The notes beneath the pieces are model-generated. The model worked only from the letters and a program-made list of their open reading frames with translations, was not told the DNA's origin and searched no databases. Position numbers and translations under genes: made by a program. This document shows positions 62,736 through 64,000 of a stretch of DNA of 64,000 nucleotides, in pieces. The stretch spans positions 18,530,726-18,594,725 of the forward strand of contig NC_068999.1 of assembly GCF_001194135.2 (NCBI RefSeq), given 5' to 3'. Each line of letters starts with the position of its first letter. Positions within the stretch are counted from its first letter, which is position 1. This stretch comes from Octopus bimaculoides. Taxonomy: Eukaryota.

Positions 62736-63447
62736 AGCAGCACTCTGTGCGTCTTACTCTCTAACTTCAAAATCCTCCGAAGGCCACTATTCTTTCCCTC
62801 CTTTTTGAGGTCAATATAACTGACTTACCCAAGAAACCAAAATTGTTGGCTACGTGCTAAAGTTTGAAATCAAAATATTTTTGTGATAAAGAGGACCGTT
62901 ACAACGATTAAATGTCTACATATTCATATAATGGCAATACGGCGTAACATTTTGATATTTTTCATAAAAGAATTCACAGCAGACTACTAGCAGGTGCTAG
63001 ACTATTACATGTAATCATACCATTCTACCGAACATTATACATAATTGTGTATGGAACATCTAAATTCAAAAGTTGTTATGGAATAATCAATGATCCACTG
63101 CACGTTGGATTGCATTACTCATATATATATATATGCAAATCGGTCCGAATGAACAATGTGAAATAAATGGGGATTTCTCGCCTGGGAATAGAAAAGAAAA
63201 TAGGCATATCGTCCCCTAACAAATGTAATGCTAGCTAAAACTACATACATTTAATTTGCTTCAAACTTCAACTGTGGCTGAAACTTGTTTAAAGCTGCAT
63301 AGTCTACTAAACGGATAAATGAAAATAGTGCAAATGCAACTATATGATGTATATGAATGAAGTATGTACGCCACACACATTTAATTGAATATACTGTAAA
63401 AATATGCGGATGCATTTGTTTCCGTTTCCATTGTAAATGTCTCAAAT

Positions 63448-63494
<47 letters not shown>

Positions 63495-63507
63495 TACNNN
63501 NNNNNNN

Positions 63508-63543
<36 letters not shown>

Positions 63544-64000
63544 TACACACACACACACACACGCACAGAGCAAACTATTTATAATCCAGTGAAGCAAACC
63601 CAGGATTTACGCATCAGAGGAAATGCATTGGGATTGCTTACTACAAAGCATCCTAGGTGTTCCTCACTAATCGATGCGGTTAACCATAGAATAGATTATA
63701 GCTGAGTGACAGAACAGGTCTTGACATACTATCTATTCGAAATATGTGTATACATACACACACACACACACACACACTCACACACGCACACACGCACAGA
63801 CACACACACATACACACACACACATACACACACACACACACACATTCCCCTACAACACACAGCATTTCAAAATTCGTTTCGGCATTTTTTTTCATTTTCT
63901 GCCGACTGAAACTGATATTGGCGTTGTACTGTTTTTTGAGGTCTTGTAACACTATTACAAAGCCAATGTCCCTCCACACTCATAGACTTTGGAATAAAAC

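Noticed and set aside
1-64000. CRISPR arrays, operons or prokaryotic systems
   Set aside because: No repeat-spacer arrays or dense ORFs; the sequence is repeat-rich eukaryotic DNA.

Overview
AT-rich metazoan draft-assembly DNA, about 10% N gaps, most of them abutting (TA)n/(CA)n/(CT)n microsatellites. The SINE families and repeat landscape look cephalopod (octopus-like); this is an inference. No intact host gene, RNA gene or CRISPR array can be recognised, and almost all long ORFs in the track are microsatellite or N-gap artefacts. The supportable content is a layered fossil record of mobile elements: three or more R4/Dong-clade RLE LINE fragments; an old Ty3/Gypsy LTR element (5081-7538) with both LTRs, a 5-bp TSD, PBS, PPT and an RT-RNase H deletion; Penelope-like element (PLE) pieces, including a GIY-YIG fragment bracketed by a ~170-bp inverted repeat; Tc1, mariner (DD34D) and maT-like (~DD37D) transposase remnants; CR1/L2-type LINE 3' ends; and many tRNA-derived SINEs. 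The most interesting observations are a degenerate type I hammerhead ribozyme fold (8815-8874) with a second, weaker one on the opposite strand, a twin-priming-type 5' inversion in an RLE LINE (~23003-23249), and a few unassigned exon-like ORFs on the minus strand that may be distant paralogues.
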